Notes under the pieces: model-generated
Told to the model about the DNA's origin: nothing
Databases searched by the model: none
The model's input: the letters and a program-made list of their open reading frames with translations, nothing else
Source: Candidatus Marinacidobacterales bacterium
GTDB lineage: Bacteria > Acidobacteriota > Vicinamibacteria > Marinacidobacterales > DATDRI01
Length of the DNA stretch: 64,000 nucleotides
Assembly: GCA_965219415.1 (NCBI GenBank)
Contig: CBDCNP010000002.1
Location: forward strand, 3,136,001-3,200,000
Direction of reading: 5' to 3'
In this document: piece after piece, positions 31,006 to 40,841 of the stretch
Layout: every line of letters starts with the position of its first letter
How positions within the stretch are numbered: position 1 is the stretch's first letter
Position numbers and translations under genes: made by a program

Positions 31006-32437
31006 TCACTCCGTCGGTACGAGCCGCTTCAGCTTTTCAAACCAGTTGAGCACGACATTAATCTGAAACGGCTCGGCGTCGTCTTCCTCACCCAAATCGA
31101 CCATGAGGAAACGTCGGCCGTCTCGTGAGACGTCGTAGTTCGGTGGACCGACCCGCGTCGAGTCGAAGCGGCCCTTAAAAAGAACGCGCGGCTGGCCGAG
31201 CCTGAGATCGGGTGAGAGCTCGACGACGTCCACGACGAGAAACTCGTCGCCTCGACAGTAGAAGAGCTCGTTGCCGTTCGGGGACCATAGCGGCTCCGTC
31301 CCCCCGCCCGTGGAGACGGAATCCTTCCGGCATGGTCCGAGTGGTACGCGAGCCGTTCTCCGTCCGGCGTCCACGCGGACACGTATTGGGTTCCCTCGAA
31401 CGTGAAACGCATGGAGCTGCGTCGTTCGAGATCGAAGAGCCAAATGTCTCGGTCTTCCGTTTGCCGAGAGGCGGCGATCTGCTTTCCGTTGGGAGAAAGT
31501 CTGGGGTAGAGATAGTCGCCCGTGGTTTCCGTGATAATTTCCATCCGGCCGCTGCGATCGACCCATACGAGTCGTCCAAGATCCCGTCGACCACCGGCAT
31601 GGGGTCGTCGGAAGTCCCCAAACGCGTGAGGTCGAATCGCATGGCGAACAAGGTACTTGCCTGGATGTAGACCAGGTGTCCGGTCGGGAGATAACGAGCA
31701 TTCGAACCGTCGAAGAGGATACGGTGTTGTCCTGTTTCGATTGAGGCTACGGCGACCTTGGGTTGGTCATTCGTCTCGACGGTGAACACGACGTTCTCGC
31801 CATCGGGGAGGACTGGAGGAAGTGTATGACCTTGCTCGCCCGTTTCCGGCGAAGGAACCGTGATCGCCTTCGCGGTGCCATCCTCGGCCGAGAAACGCAA
31901 CAGCCTCGACGATTTTTGGCCTACGACAATCATGCCCCTGGGTCCCCAGCTCGCTCCGGAGGTGAGCGGCACCCCACTCACTTGAAGCGGCACACCCGCC
32001 TTCGACCCGAACTTTGTAAATGGCATCGAAAGATCGGTACCCGATCCACTGACCGTCGGGTGAGAAGAAAGGGACTTCTGCGCGCTCGGTGTCCGGTATC
32101 AGCCTTGCTTCGAACCGATCCATCTCTCGGACGAGGAGCCCGTCGGCGGTCGCGAACGCGAGCAATCGGCCTTCAGGAGAGACAGCCGGAGGCGAGATGC
32201 CGAGAGAAAGCCGTGCGAGATAGCCGAACTCTCCCGCCGGGCGGTCGATGGAGAAGCGCGTCACGGGACGAGGAGTTGTCTCGGGAGGTGGCATCAGGAT
32301 CCATACTCCGATCCCACCGAGGACAAAAGCGATTGACGTCGGGATCGCCCAGGGCCAACGTCGATGCCCAACTCGGTCCGGACCGAGTTGGCGGCCCGCG
32401 GGTTGCTTCCGCGCTTCAGGAATCCAGAGCTTCCTTA
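31006..32437 (-). pseudogene. Remnant of Ser/Thr kinase-TolB-like beta-propeller (PD40) gene; kinase domain absent, internal deletions and frameshifts
   Basis: TM segment then PFFSPDGQWIG, YLPTGHLVY, PRLSPNG, WTPDG, PLWSPNGNELFY, NYDVSRDGRRFL and INVVLNWFEKLKRLVP across several frames. Confidence 0.85.
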
Positions 32438-33832
32438 TTAAAAGAAGGGCTCCACTTTCTCGGGCGGGGTCGGTTCGGTGAGAAGCGAGACAATGACCAG
32501 AGCCGCAACCGAAAGTGTGATCGCAGGAATGACGGCTTTTACCGGGCCCGTGTAAAGAAGATTCCAGAGCAGCGTCGTCGTCGTTCCGGTGGCGATAGAC
32601 GCAACCGCGCCTGCGCCGGTGGCTCGCCTCCAAAAAAACGTTGCGATCAGGGCTGGAGCGATCGATGTCCCCCATATCGTATAGGCCAAGAGCGCGACCG
32701 AGAGAAACCGATCCGAAAGAGTCGACAAGAAATACGCCACTAGCCCGAGAAGAATCGTCGCGATTCTTAACCGGACGACCAACGTACGGCCGCTCGCCTG
32801 CGGGTTCAGAAACCTCTGGTAGATATCACGCACCAAAGTCGTGGCGGGTACGAGGAGGCAGCTCGTGGCAGTCGACAAAACGATGGCCATCACGGTCGTG
32901 AGCATGAGCGCACCGAGGCCCACCGGCAAGAAATCGCGGGCCGCATAGGGGATGACCCGACCGGGAATATCCATTTCGGGAATCAGCGAGGAGCCGACCC
33001 ACGCGTTCAAGATGATCATCGCCTCCAGGAAGGTCACACCCAACGCCGTCCAAAGCGCCGCCTTTTTTGCGACGAGCGCCGTCCGGGCGGAGAAAAACCG
33101 CTGGTAAAGATTCGCTTCGGCCAAGATGAGAAGGCCGGTGGGGAGCGACAAACCGATGGCTTCAACGAATCCGATGGGACCGATGAGTTGGAAGTGCGAG
33201 GGCTCGAGGACTTCGCGCATCCCTTCCACACCGCCGGCGCGCATGAACAACATCACGAACGTGATCGACATGCCGACGATCATCGTGATACCGGAGACGA
33301 CACCGATGTGGGCGACCGAGACCATGCCTCCAAACGTGGTGTAGAGCACGATGAAGATGGCTGATAGGACGACGGCTGGCTGATAGGGAAGCTCGGGAAG
33401 GGCGAGGTTCAAGACGGCTCCCGCGGCGCGGAACTGATAAGAAAGGATCGTGCTGTAGGCCATGAGGAGAGCGAGGGTGCCGAAGAGTCGGGCCGCCAAG
33501 TTGTAGCGGCGTTCGAGCAAGTCCGGAATCGTAATCTGTTGGAGCGCCCGCGCCCGGCCGGCTACAAAGCTCAGAAAGAATATCGACATGATGGACGCGA
33601 CCGGAAGAATCCAAGCCGATAGGCCGACTTCGTAGGTCTTTTCGGAGTTGCCGAAAAAGCTCCCGCTCCCGATCCAAGTCGCGATCATGGTGAAGGAGAG
33701 AACGAAGGTTCCCAGCCTGCGGCCGGCGACCGAGAAATCTTCCTGAGTGGAGACGCCGCGGCTTCCTCGCACGGCGACGATGACGAGCAAAAGGAAGTAG
33801 CTGGTTATGGCCCAGAGGTAAATGCTGCTCAC
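32438..33832 (-). CDS. Sodium:solute symporter family protein
   Basis: DFSVAGR, ATWIGSGS, TIPDLLERRY, YQRFFSA, RDIYQRF. Confidence 0.93.
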   Translation of the reverse strand: MSSIYLWAITSYFLLLVIVAVRGSRGVSTQEDFSVAGRRLGTFVLSFTMIATWIGSGSFFGNSEKTYEVGLSAWILPVASIMSIFFLSFVAGRARALQQITIPDLLERRYNLAARLFGTLALLMAYSTILSYQFRAAGAVLNLALPELPYQPAVVLSAIFIVLYTTFGGMVSVAHIGVVSGITMIVGMSITFVMLFMRAGGVEGMREVLEPSHFQLIGPIGFVEAIGLSLPTGLLILAEANLYQRFFSARTALVAKKAALWTALGVTFLEAMIILNAWVGSSLIPEMDIPGRVIPYAARDFLPVGLGALMLTTVMAIVLSTATSCLLVPATTLVRDIYQRFLNPQASGRTLVVRLRIATILLGLVAYFLSTLSDRFLSVALLAYTIWGTSIAPALIATFFWRRATGAGAVASIATGTTTTLLWNLLYTGPVKAVIPAITLSVAALVIVSLLTEPTPPEKVEPFF

Positions 33833-33940
33833 GCGGTTGTTCGTAGCACAGTCTTCAGGGTGGTTTCCACCGCTCTTTTTCGTCCTATCTATCAGGGATT
33901 AGGAGTCTTAATCGACTTTCTAGGTGGGGTTATTATGGTG

Positions 33941-33980
33941 TTGAAAAAAAGCTATAACCAAGCTAATATAGAGCTATATT
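33941..33980 (+). promoter_or_regulatory. TA promoter/operator
   Basis: TTGAAA-N17-TAATAT, inverted repeat AATATAG-AG-CTATATT, and AGCTA repeated at 11-bp intervals. Confidence 0.7.
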
Positions 33981-33991
33981 GGAGCCACGGA

Positions 33992-34228
33992 ATGGGAGTT
34001 AGCCTGTCGATCAAGAATGTCCCGGACGACTGGGTGGAGCGCCTCCGCGACCGCGCGGAGCGACACCACCGCTCCCTTCAAGGGGAGCTGATGAGCATCT
34101 TAGAGTTGACGCTGGAGTCGGAAAAGCGACGGACTGTTGAGGAATTGCTCGAGGAGAATCGAAGGCTGGGCATCTCGACGCCGTCGGAATCGGCGGCGAT
34201 GATCCGGGCAGATCGAGATGGCCGTTAA
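33992..34228 (+). CDS. FitA/Arc-like RHH antitoxin
   Basis: LSIKNVPD..LRDRAERHHRSLQGEL..IRADRDGR. Confidence 0.9.
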   Translation: MGVSLSIKNVPDDWVERLRDRAERHHRSLQGELMSILELTLESEKRRTVEELLEENRRLGISTPSESAAMIRADRDGR

Positions 34229-34604
34229 GGTCATCGACGCGTCGGCTTTCGCCGCGATCCTCTTTAGTGAGCCCGAAGCGCGCGAGGTCGCGGAGCGACT
34301 CGGAGGAAGTGCGCTGGTCGCACCTGCCCTCCTGCCTTTTGAAGTGGCTAGCGTTTGCCTCAAGAAGATCCGGCGTCATCCCGAAATGCGACAACAGTTG
34401 CTCGATGCGTACGCTCGCAGGGGCAGAATTGGGGTCGAGGAGGTGGAGGTAACGCTAGACGACGTGGTGACGCTTGCGGAGCAAACCAAACTCACTTGCT
34501 ACGACGCGGCATATCTCTGGTTGGCGACTCGGTTGAAAGCCGACCTTGTGACGCTCGATAAACGTCTAGGCGGCGCAGTGCACAAACCTTCACGATCGTT
34601 CTGA
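34218..34604 (+). CDS. vapC: VapC PIN-domain toxin
   Basis: VIDASA, FEVAS, YDAAYLWLA, LVTLDKRL. Confidence 0.92.
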   Translation: MAVKVIDASAFAAILFSEPEAREVAERLGGSALVAPALLPFEVASVCLKKIRRHPEMRQQLLDAYARRGRIGVEEVEVTLDDVVTLAEQTKLTCYDAAYLWLATRLKADLVTLDKRLGGAVHKPSRSF

Positions 34605-34658
34605 GAAAAGGAGAATAGCCAGCGACACGCGTTTCTCCATCGTTTCCTGAGGGACGGT

Positions 34659-34982
34659 CTACGGTGCAAACATCGCACTCAATACATTCAGAATCGACTC
34701 ACACGTTTTCCGCTCTAGCCGACCGAGTTTTCTGACTAACCGACTGCCATCCACGGTGCGAATCTGGTCCAGCACGACTTGGCCGGCCTTCCCTTTGAAG
34801 CGGCACGGAACGCGCGTGGGGTAGCCTCGACTCTTGCTCGTCATGGGAGCGACGACGACCGTCCGGAAATGTCGGTTCATCTCATCGGGAGAAACGACGA
34901 CGCACGGTCTCGCCTTCCGGATCTCGGCGCCAATCGTTGGAGCTAGGCTGACCAAAAAGATGTCGCAGCGATTGATCACCAT
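34659..34982 (-). CDS. mazF: MazF/PemK endoribonuclease toxin
   Basis: GAEIRKARPCVVVSPDEMN, APMTS, DQIRTVD. Confidence 0.95.
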   Translation of the reverse strand: MVINRCDIFLVSLAPTIGAEIRKARPCVVVSPDEMNRHFRTVVVAPMTSKSRGYPTRVPCRFKGKAGQVVLDQIRTVDGSRLVRKLGRLERKTCESILNVLSAMFAP

Positions 34983-35257
34983 TCCCACTCTTCTTCGTCC
35001 CATCGGGTAGGCGGAAGCGAACCGGCGTCCAGTAGCGCGTCGTCACCTAGGCGGGCCATTTCCTGAAATGCTGCCTCCCAACCTTCCCGCACCGGCCTCG
35101 CGGGGCGTATAACGAGCGAGTCGTCTTGAACGAAGATCTCCACCTGCTTGCTCAACCCGGTCTGCTCGATGAGGACCTTGGGGATACGGATTCCCTGAGA
35201 GTTGCCGATACGGACTATTTGCCCTTTCACCGAGGCCCCTTTTTTGCGACGAGTCAT
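34976..35257 (-). CDS. mazE: MazE/AbrB antitoxin
   Basis: IVRIGNSQGIRIPK, REGWEAAF, WDEEEWEW. Confidence 0.93.
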   Translation of the reverse strand: MTRRKKGASVKGQIVRIGNSQGIRIPKVLIEQTGLSKQVEIFVQDDSLVIRPARPVREGWEAAFQEMARLGDDALLDAGSLPPTRWDEEEWEW

Positions 35258-35294
35258 GTGATTACATTGTAATCACATACGATTACCGGGTCAA
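35256..35294 (-). promoter_or_regulatory. mazEF promoter with perfect 11-bp inverted-repeat operator
   Basis: TTGACC-N17-TACAAT on the minus strand. ATGTGATTACA-T-TGTAATCACAT at 35256-35278 covers the -10 box and overlaps the start codon. Confidence 0.85.
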
Positions 35295-35371
35295 CTGAGA
35301 CCCCAGCACCCGCTTTCCTCAAGAGACGAAAAAAGGAAGGGAGAGCCACCCGGACGGGGCGCTTTCTGAAT

Positions 35372-36614
35372 CTAGCGGAAGCTCCGGCCCAGAGAAAAAA
35401 CGAACCGCGCCGATCCGTCGTCGCCAATCGCGATCACCGCCGCCACCAGCCCGACGCCGGTCTCCATGAGCAGCCCAGCGCTATAGCTGCTCCGTACGTC
35501 CGCGTCATCGAAGTCGTCGAACGCACTCCCGAACTCCACCAGTCCTGTCACATAAACCGCTGCGCCGACGAAATCAGGAAGCCGAGAGATCTGCTTCAAA
35601 TAGGCCACACTCCCGAGAAGGAATTTATCTCCGCGCGGTGCGCTTGCCAGTCTTCCTCGCCGAGCGCCAGCTTCATCAGCTCGGATGCATGCGCCGCCGC
35701 GGCTACCGCACCTAGGTCAGCAATCGCGTCGCTCTTTCGCCAATCGGTGGCGCCGATGTTTTGAAGATCCGGTCGGATGATGATGTCCGCGTCGTCCAAT
35801 CCGTGAGTGGAGCCGTGCTGGATCATGATCGTGAGAGATTGCGAGGCTTGCTCCAGGACAGAGCGAAGCTCGTCGCGGCTCTTCAAGGCCTCGCCGACAT
35901 CCACCGCGATCACGAAATCGGCACCCATTGCGCGCACGATGTCGCCCGGGACATTATTTAGTAGACCACCGTCGACTAAGAGTCGCCCTTGCCAGTCTTA
36001 CGGGCGCGAACACGCCAGGGATTGCCATGGTGGCTCGCATCGCGAGACCGAGAGAGCCGTGGTCGAGCGTCACCAGCTCACCCTCCTCCAAATCAGTCGC
36101 CATGCAGCGAAACGGGATGCGGAGCTCATCGAAGCTCGGAAGTGACGAATAGGGCAGACCGATCCGACTCAGCATCAGTCCGACAAAGTGCCTGGAGTCT
36201 AGGCTGCTCGGTAAGCTGAATCCGTGTCGCAGGCCGAGCTCGAGCTTCACTTGATACTGGCGGCGGTCTTGTTTGCGGCGGAACTCCTTGAGCGAATACG
36301 GTGCCTCGCCGGAGAACACGAGATCCCAGTCCGCATTGTGCAAAAGCTCGCGAATGTCCGAGGCGGTCATGCCGGTTGCGTAGCTGCCGCCGACGAGTCC
36401 TCCCATACTGGTGCCCGCGATGTAGTCGACGGGGATGCGGTTCTCCTCGAGCCATTCGAGGACCCCGACGTGGGCGATGCCGCGGGCGCTCCCGCCTCCG
36501 AGGGCAAGCCCGATGCGGGGGCGTGGTGTGTCTTCCTGGGCGCTGGCGATTCCGCAGACGAGTAGCAATAGCGCGGAGGCCAACCAGCGGGGCGGTGCGG
36601 GTGAAAGCGTCCAT
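35372..36614 (-). pseudogene. Patatin-like phospholipase (PlpD/type Vd-like) with central deletion
   Basis: GGGSARG, GTSMGG and DGG motifs. At ~35630 the sequence jumps to the last barrel strands ending FVFSLGRSFR. Frameshifts at ~36590 and ~35995. Confidence 0.85.
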
Positions 36615-36782
36615 GAGTGAGCGCGACATACTACCGGGAAACCGCGAAAAAAACCAGCCGGCGCGGCAGAGTCGTCGGAATATTCCCTTTGTTTACAGCA
36701 AGATAGGACCCAAAACCCGGGGTCGGGAAGGCAAAAATTTCTCTTAACCTACCGATAGATATGTCTTATGGACGATCGAAAC

Positions 36783-36811
36783 TTGACAAACAGTTCACTT
36801 TCACCTAACTT
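36783..36811 (+). promoter_or_regulatory. Sigma-70 promoter of HNH gene
   Basis: TTGACA-N17-TAACTT, then a leader hairpin, GGAGG (36861) and ATG (36874). Confidence 0.6.
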
Positions 36812-36873
36812 ACACAAAGCAGGCCGAGTTGAGAAGTTTCGGCCAAAAACCTTTGGTGCTGGAGGTGCCTCCT

Positions 36874-38114
36874 ATGAACGCAACTTTAAATGCGACTTTG
36901 ACGCAAGATTCGACAGAGGTCGGGTTGGTTCGCCCGACCTCGAACTTTCCATCGAAGAGCTCGATCTCAAACTCGAACGTATCGTCCGAGTACACGAGGG
37001 ATCGGAGAGGCTCATTTGCGAATACCTGGTTGCCATGCGCGAGGCGACGCGGGTACGAGAAATTCGGTTTCGTGGACGTTTATTACATGCGGAAGAACGC
37101 TTCGGCTTTTCTCCGCGTAAGACCCGTTACCTTCTCCAGCTAGGTCAAAACCTCGAGAAACTCCCGCAGCTCAAGAAGGCACTGGAAGAAGGTAAGCTCG
37201 GATGGACCAAGGCGAGCCGGGTGGCCCGGGTAGCAACGAGCGAGGACGAAGCGATGTGGCTCGACTCGGCGCTATCTCTTTCCGTACGCGAGCTCGATCG
37301 TAAGATCGAGGGAGAAAGGGACGCGGCCGAGGTCAAGGTCCGTGCCTGGCTGACGGAAGATCAAGCGGCGGTGTTCGACCATGCCGTCGAAACCTGTCGT
37401 CGCGTCGCGGGTGAGGATCTGGACATCGGACGGTGCCTGGAGTTCATGGCGGCCGAGCTTATCGCGACGTACGCGCACTTGGGGCAACGGGAGGAGGAGC
37501 ATGACGAGGAGAACGACTGCTCTGAACAGCCGGCCCTGTCAGACGAAGAAAGCGCAGCGGTGGAGCAGCACATCTGTCCGGAAGGCGACGAGCTTCCTTG
37601 GCCGATCGTCCAGAACTACGGCAAGACCTGGAACGAAGTGTTGGAGAGAGATGACTACCGTTGCCAGTACCCTGACTGCGGCGCTCGCGCGCAGCTACAC
37701 GTGCATCACATCAGGTTCCGGAGCCGCAGCGGACGAAAGAGTCGCGCCGAAAGCAACTCGCCGCCGAATCTGATCTCAATTTGCGTTTTTCATCATCGCA
37801 GTATTCACGCCGCGACGATCGGGGTGAAAGGTCGGGCGCCCTCGGAGCTCGAGTGGCGTCGGCCGGCGCTGATGGAGAAGGTGCTGCAGAGGAGCTATGG
37901 CGTGTGTGCCGAGTCCGGTGGCGAACTCGCTCGAGAGCCGGGTCCGGTTTACTTGGTCAACGGGCGCGGCCGGCGACCGGCTGCCAGCGTCAAAGTGCGG
38001 TGTCTCACGATTCAACTTCGCAAGACACCAGTTTGGAAAACGTTTTCCAAATCCGAATCTGGGTCAAAAAGTAACAATCACCATACGCTCACGTTGGGAT
38101 CGTCGCGCACGTAG
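36874..38114 (+). CDS. HNH endonuclease with DUF222-like helical N-terminus (frameshifts near 5' end)
   Basis: LPQLKKALEEGKLGWTKA..SVREL, then VLERDDYRCQYPDC..LHVHHIRFRS..NLISICVFHH. Confidence 0.85.
38032..38051. repeat. Perfect 20-bp palindrome
   Basis: TTTGGAAAACGTTTTCCAAA. Confidence 0.9.
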
Positions 38115-38703
38115 AAGCGCAAAGGTTTTTTCGCCCACTGCCGCGCGTAGGCCACACCGATGCGAGTGGCGGTGACGATGCGTCCTTCGGGTATGGATTT
38201 CCCTCGCTCGACGTAGAGCTCCTTGCCGTCGACGAGATATCCAGCCGGCCGAGCTTGCCGTCGATGCGGAGCGCCTGTGTGAGCTTGGCAGGTCCCGAGC
38301 AGAGGTCGGTGTCCTTCAAGCGATTGCGTGAGACCTTGCCGCCTCGATGGCGTCGCATGACCTCGACCCCGTCCAGCGGCTCGAGTGCGCGGATCAGACA
38401 AGCCGTGGGTTGACCCTCCCTCTCAGCGACGACGTTCAAGAGCCAATGCATGCCGTAAGTGAAATAGACGTACGCGTGGCCCGCGTCCATCCACATCGTT
38501 TCGGTGCGCTTGGTGCGCCGACCTCCGAAGCTGTGCGCCGCCCGGTCCGGAATGCCAAGGTAGGCTTCGGTCTCGACGATGAGACCTGCGAGCTGCACTC
38601 CATTCCCGAGCTGGCGCACCAGCTTTTTCCCGAGGAGCGCCCGAGCTAGCGTCACCGGGTCGCGCCGGAAAAATCTACGTTTGAGTGGAGTAGGGCGTCC
38701 CAT
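38078..38703 (-). CDS. mpg: DNA-3-methyladenine glycosylase (MPG/AAG type), frameshift near 38240
   Basis: LARALLGK, IVETEAYLG, AYVYFTYGMHW, LIRALEP, GPAKLTQAL, TRIGV..PLRFY. Confidence 0.93.
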
Positions 38704-38776
38704 TGAGTACGGAGATTCTATGGCGCGACGGGGTACCTCTCAAAGTTGACCTGGGCCCGCTTGGGCCGAATTTGCT

Positions 38777-39958
38777 ATGGTCTCTACCCTCGATCGAATA
38801 CGTATGAGCACGGAACAGTCATCGTTGGCGGGCGACCTCGCCGAAATCCCCCGATTACTCGGCCGCATCGGCAAGCCCGAGGGGCCGACCCTCATCTGCC
38901 TCGGCGGCATCCATGGCAACGAGCCGGCCGGATTTCTAGCGCTCCGCCGTTTCTTCCAAAGAGTCGCGGCGCGGGACGGCTTGGGGGGTCGCATCATCGG
39001 ATTGTCGGGGAACCGCGCTGCCCTGGCCAAGAATCGCCGCTTCGTCGACCAGGATCTGAATCGCATCTGGACCCCGGAGGAGATGTCGAACGAGAGCTCG
39101 GCGGCGGAGCAATCGGAGCTCCAGGAGATCGCGAAGGAGATCCGCGCCGTTCTGGCGACCTGTACCGGCCGCGCTTACTTTCTCGACCTCCACACGACAT
39201 CGGGGCCGGGGCCGGCTTTCGCATTCCTCGAAGATACGCTCCCTAATCGCGAGTTCGCGTTCGAGTTCCCGGTACCCATCGTCTTGGGAGCGGAAGAAGA
39301 GCTCCCCGGCACGCTGGTTCAATATTTATGTGATCTTGGAGTGACCACACTCGGCTTCGAGGCCGGCCAACACGAAGATCCGGTCTCGGTCGACCGCGCC
39401 GAAGCCGCAATCTGGATCGCCATGGAGGCGGCGGGAATTGTAGAGCCGGGGAGTCGTCCCGAAGTCGCGACGGCTCGTCAGACATTGAAGGAGTCTAGCC
39501 AGTCGCTTCCCCGCATCGTGGAGATGCGCTACCGAAAACCGGTCGAGCCCGACGACGGGTTTCAGATGGCTCCCGGTTTTTCTAGCTTTCAAACGATAGA
39601 CGAAGGCCAGCTCATGGCTCACGATGGCGAAGGTCCTATCAAAGCCGCGACCCATGGTTTTCTCCTCATGCCGCTTTATCAAGAGCAGGGTCAAGACGGG
39701 TTTTTCATCGTGCGTCCGGTCCGCGCCTTTTGGCTCGCCTTATCCGCGAAACTCAGACAGCTAGAGTTCGAGCGCTTTCTTCACTGGTTGCCGGGCGTTC
39801 GACGACACGAAGATATCCCTGGAGCTTTCGTCGTGGACCAAGGGACGGCCCGATGGTTGGCGATGGAGCTCTTTCATCTCCTCGGGTTTCGCAGGCGTGG
39901 CGAGAAGGGCCGCTTCCTAATCCTGTCTCGTCGAGCTCATGATCTCGGCGGTACTTAG
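38777..39958 (+). CDS. Succinylglutamate desuccinylase/aspartoacylase (M14) family
   Basis: GGIHGNE, DLNRIW, DLHTTS, FEAGQH, LMPLYQ. Confidence 0.9.
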   Translation: MVSTLDRIRMSTEQSSLAGDLAEIPRLLGRIGKPEGPTLICLGGIHGNEPAGFLALRRFFQRVAARDGLGGRIIGLSGNRAALAKNRRFVDQDLNRIWTPEEMSNESSAAEQSELQEIAKEIRAVLATCTGRAYFLDLHTTSGPGPAFAFLEDTLPNREFAFEFPVPIVLGAEEELPGTLVQYLCDLGVTTLGFEAGQHEDPVSVDRAEAAIWIAMEAAGIVEPGSRPEVATARQTLKESSQSLPRIVEMRYRKPVEPDDGFQMAPGFSSFQTIDEGQLMAHDGEGPIKAATHGFLLMPLYQEQGQDGFFIVRPVRAFWLALSAKLRQLEFERFLHWLPGVRRHEDIPGAFVVDQGTARWLAMELFHLLGFRRRGEKGRFLILSRRAHDLGGT

Positions 39959-40833
39959 CCGTGCAGTGACGAAATCTTTCCTTTGGGGCGCTTAGGGTCC
40001 AACACATCCCTCAGCCAGTCACCGAACACATTCGTCCCCAGAACGACCAGCATGATGGCAAGGCCCGGAAAGACCGCGAGGTGCCAGGCTACGGTCACGT
40101 AGGCGCGTCCGTCCGCAAGCATTCCGCCCCAGGAAGGGGTGGGGGGCTGAACTCCGATCCCTAAGAAACTAAGGCCCCCTTCGAAAATGATCATCATGCC
40201 GAAGTTGAGGGTCGCCATGACGACGACCGTGTTGAGGACGTTGGGGAGGATGTGTCGCAGAATCAATCGCGCCGGTCGGCATCCGGCCACACGCGCCGCC
40301 TCGATAAACTCGCTCTGCTTCACGCTTAGCACTTCGCCGCGGACCATCCGAGCGTAGCCGGGCCAGATGCCGAGAGTCAAGACGATGATGACGCTCATCA
40401 AGCTCGGGCCGAAGGCTCCGATGGCAGCGATGGCCATCAACATGAATGGCATCGCCAACTGCATGTCGGCGATTCTCATGATCAGAGTCTCTAACCGGCC
40501 GCCGAAAAATCCCGCCAGCAGTCCCAACGACGTGCCAAAGGCGAGCCCGAGGAACACCGAAAAGAAGCCGACCGAGAGAGATACTCTCGAGCCGTAGACC
40601 AGACGACTAAGGACGTCCCGGCCCAAGCTGTCGGTTCCCAAGAGATGGTCCGAGTTTCCTCCCTCCTCCCAAGCAGGCGGCAGCAAAGTGCTCGCGAGAT
40701 CCTGTCGGATGGGGTCATGACTCGTCACGAAGGGCGCTCCGATCGCGGTCAGCGCGAAGAGCAGCACGATGCCTCCGCTCAAGAGGGGAGACTTCCGGAG
40801 AATAAGTACTTTCGTGTCTATCGGGCCGTCCAT
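39955..40833 (-). CDS. Peptide ABC transporter permease (DppC-like)
   Basis: LGTDSLGRD, EFIEAARVAG, HILPN, PPTPSWG. Confidence 0.95.
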   Translation of the reverse strand: MDGPIDTKVLILRKSPLLSGGIVLLFALTAIGAPFVTSHDPIRQDLASTLLPPAWEEGGNSDHLLGTDSLGRDVLSRLVYGSRVSLSVGFFSVFLGLAFGTSLGLLAGFFGGRLETLIMRIADMQLAMPFMLMAIAAIGAFGPSLMSVIIVLTLGIWPGYARMVRGEVLSVKQSEFIEAARVAGCRPARLILRHILPNVLNTVVVMATLNFGMMIIFEGGLSFLGIGVQPPTPSWGGMLADGRAYVTVAWHLAVFPGLAIMLVVLGTNVFGDWLRDVLDPKRPKGKISSLHG

Positions 40834-40841
40834 CGTACCGA

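Noticed and set aside
36768-38114. HNH gene as IscB/Cas9 or group II intron protein
   Set aside because: No RuvC, PLMP or RT motifs, no CRISPR array, and the leader is too short for an omega-RNA.
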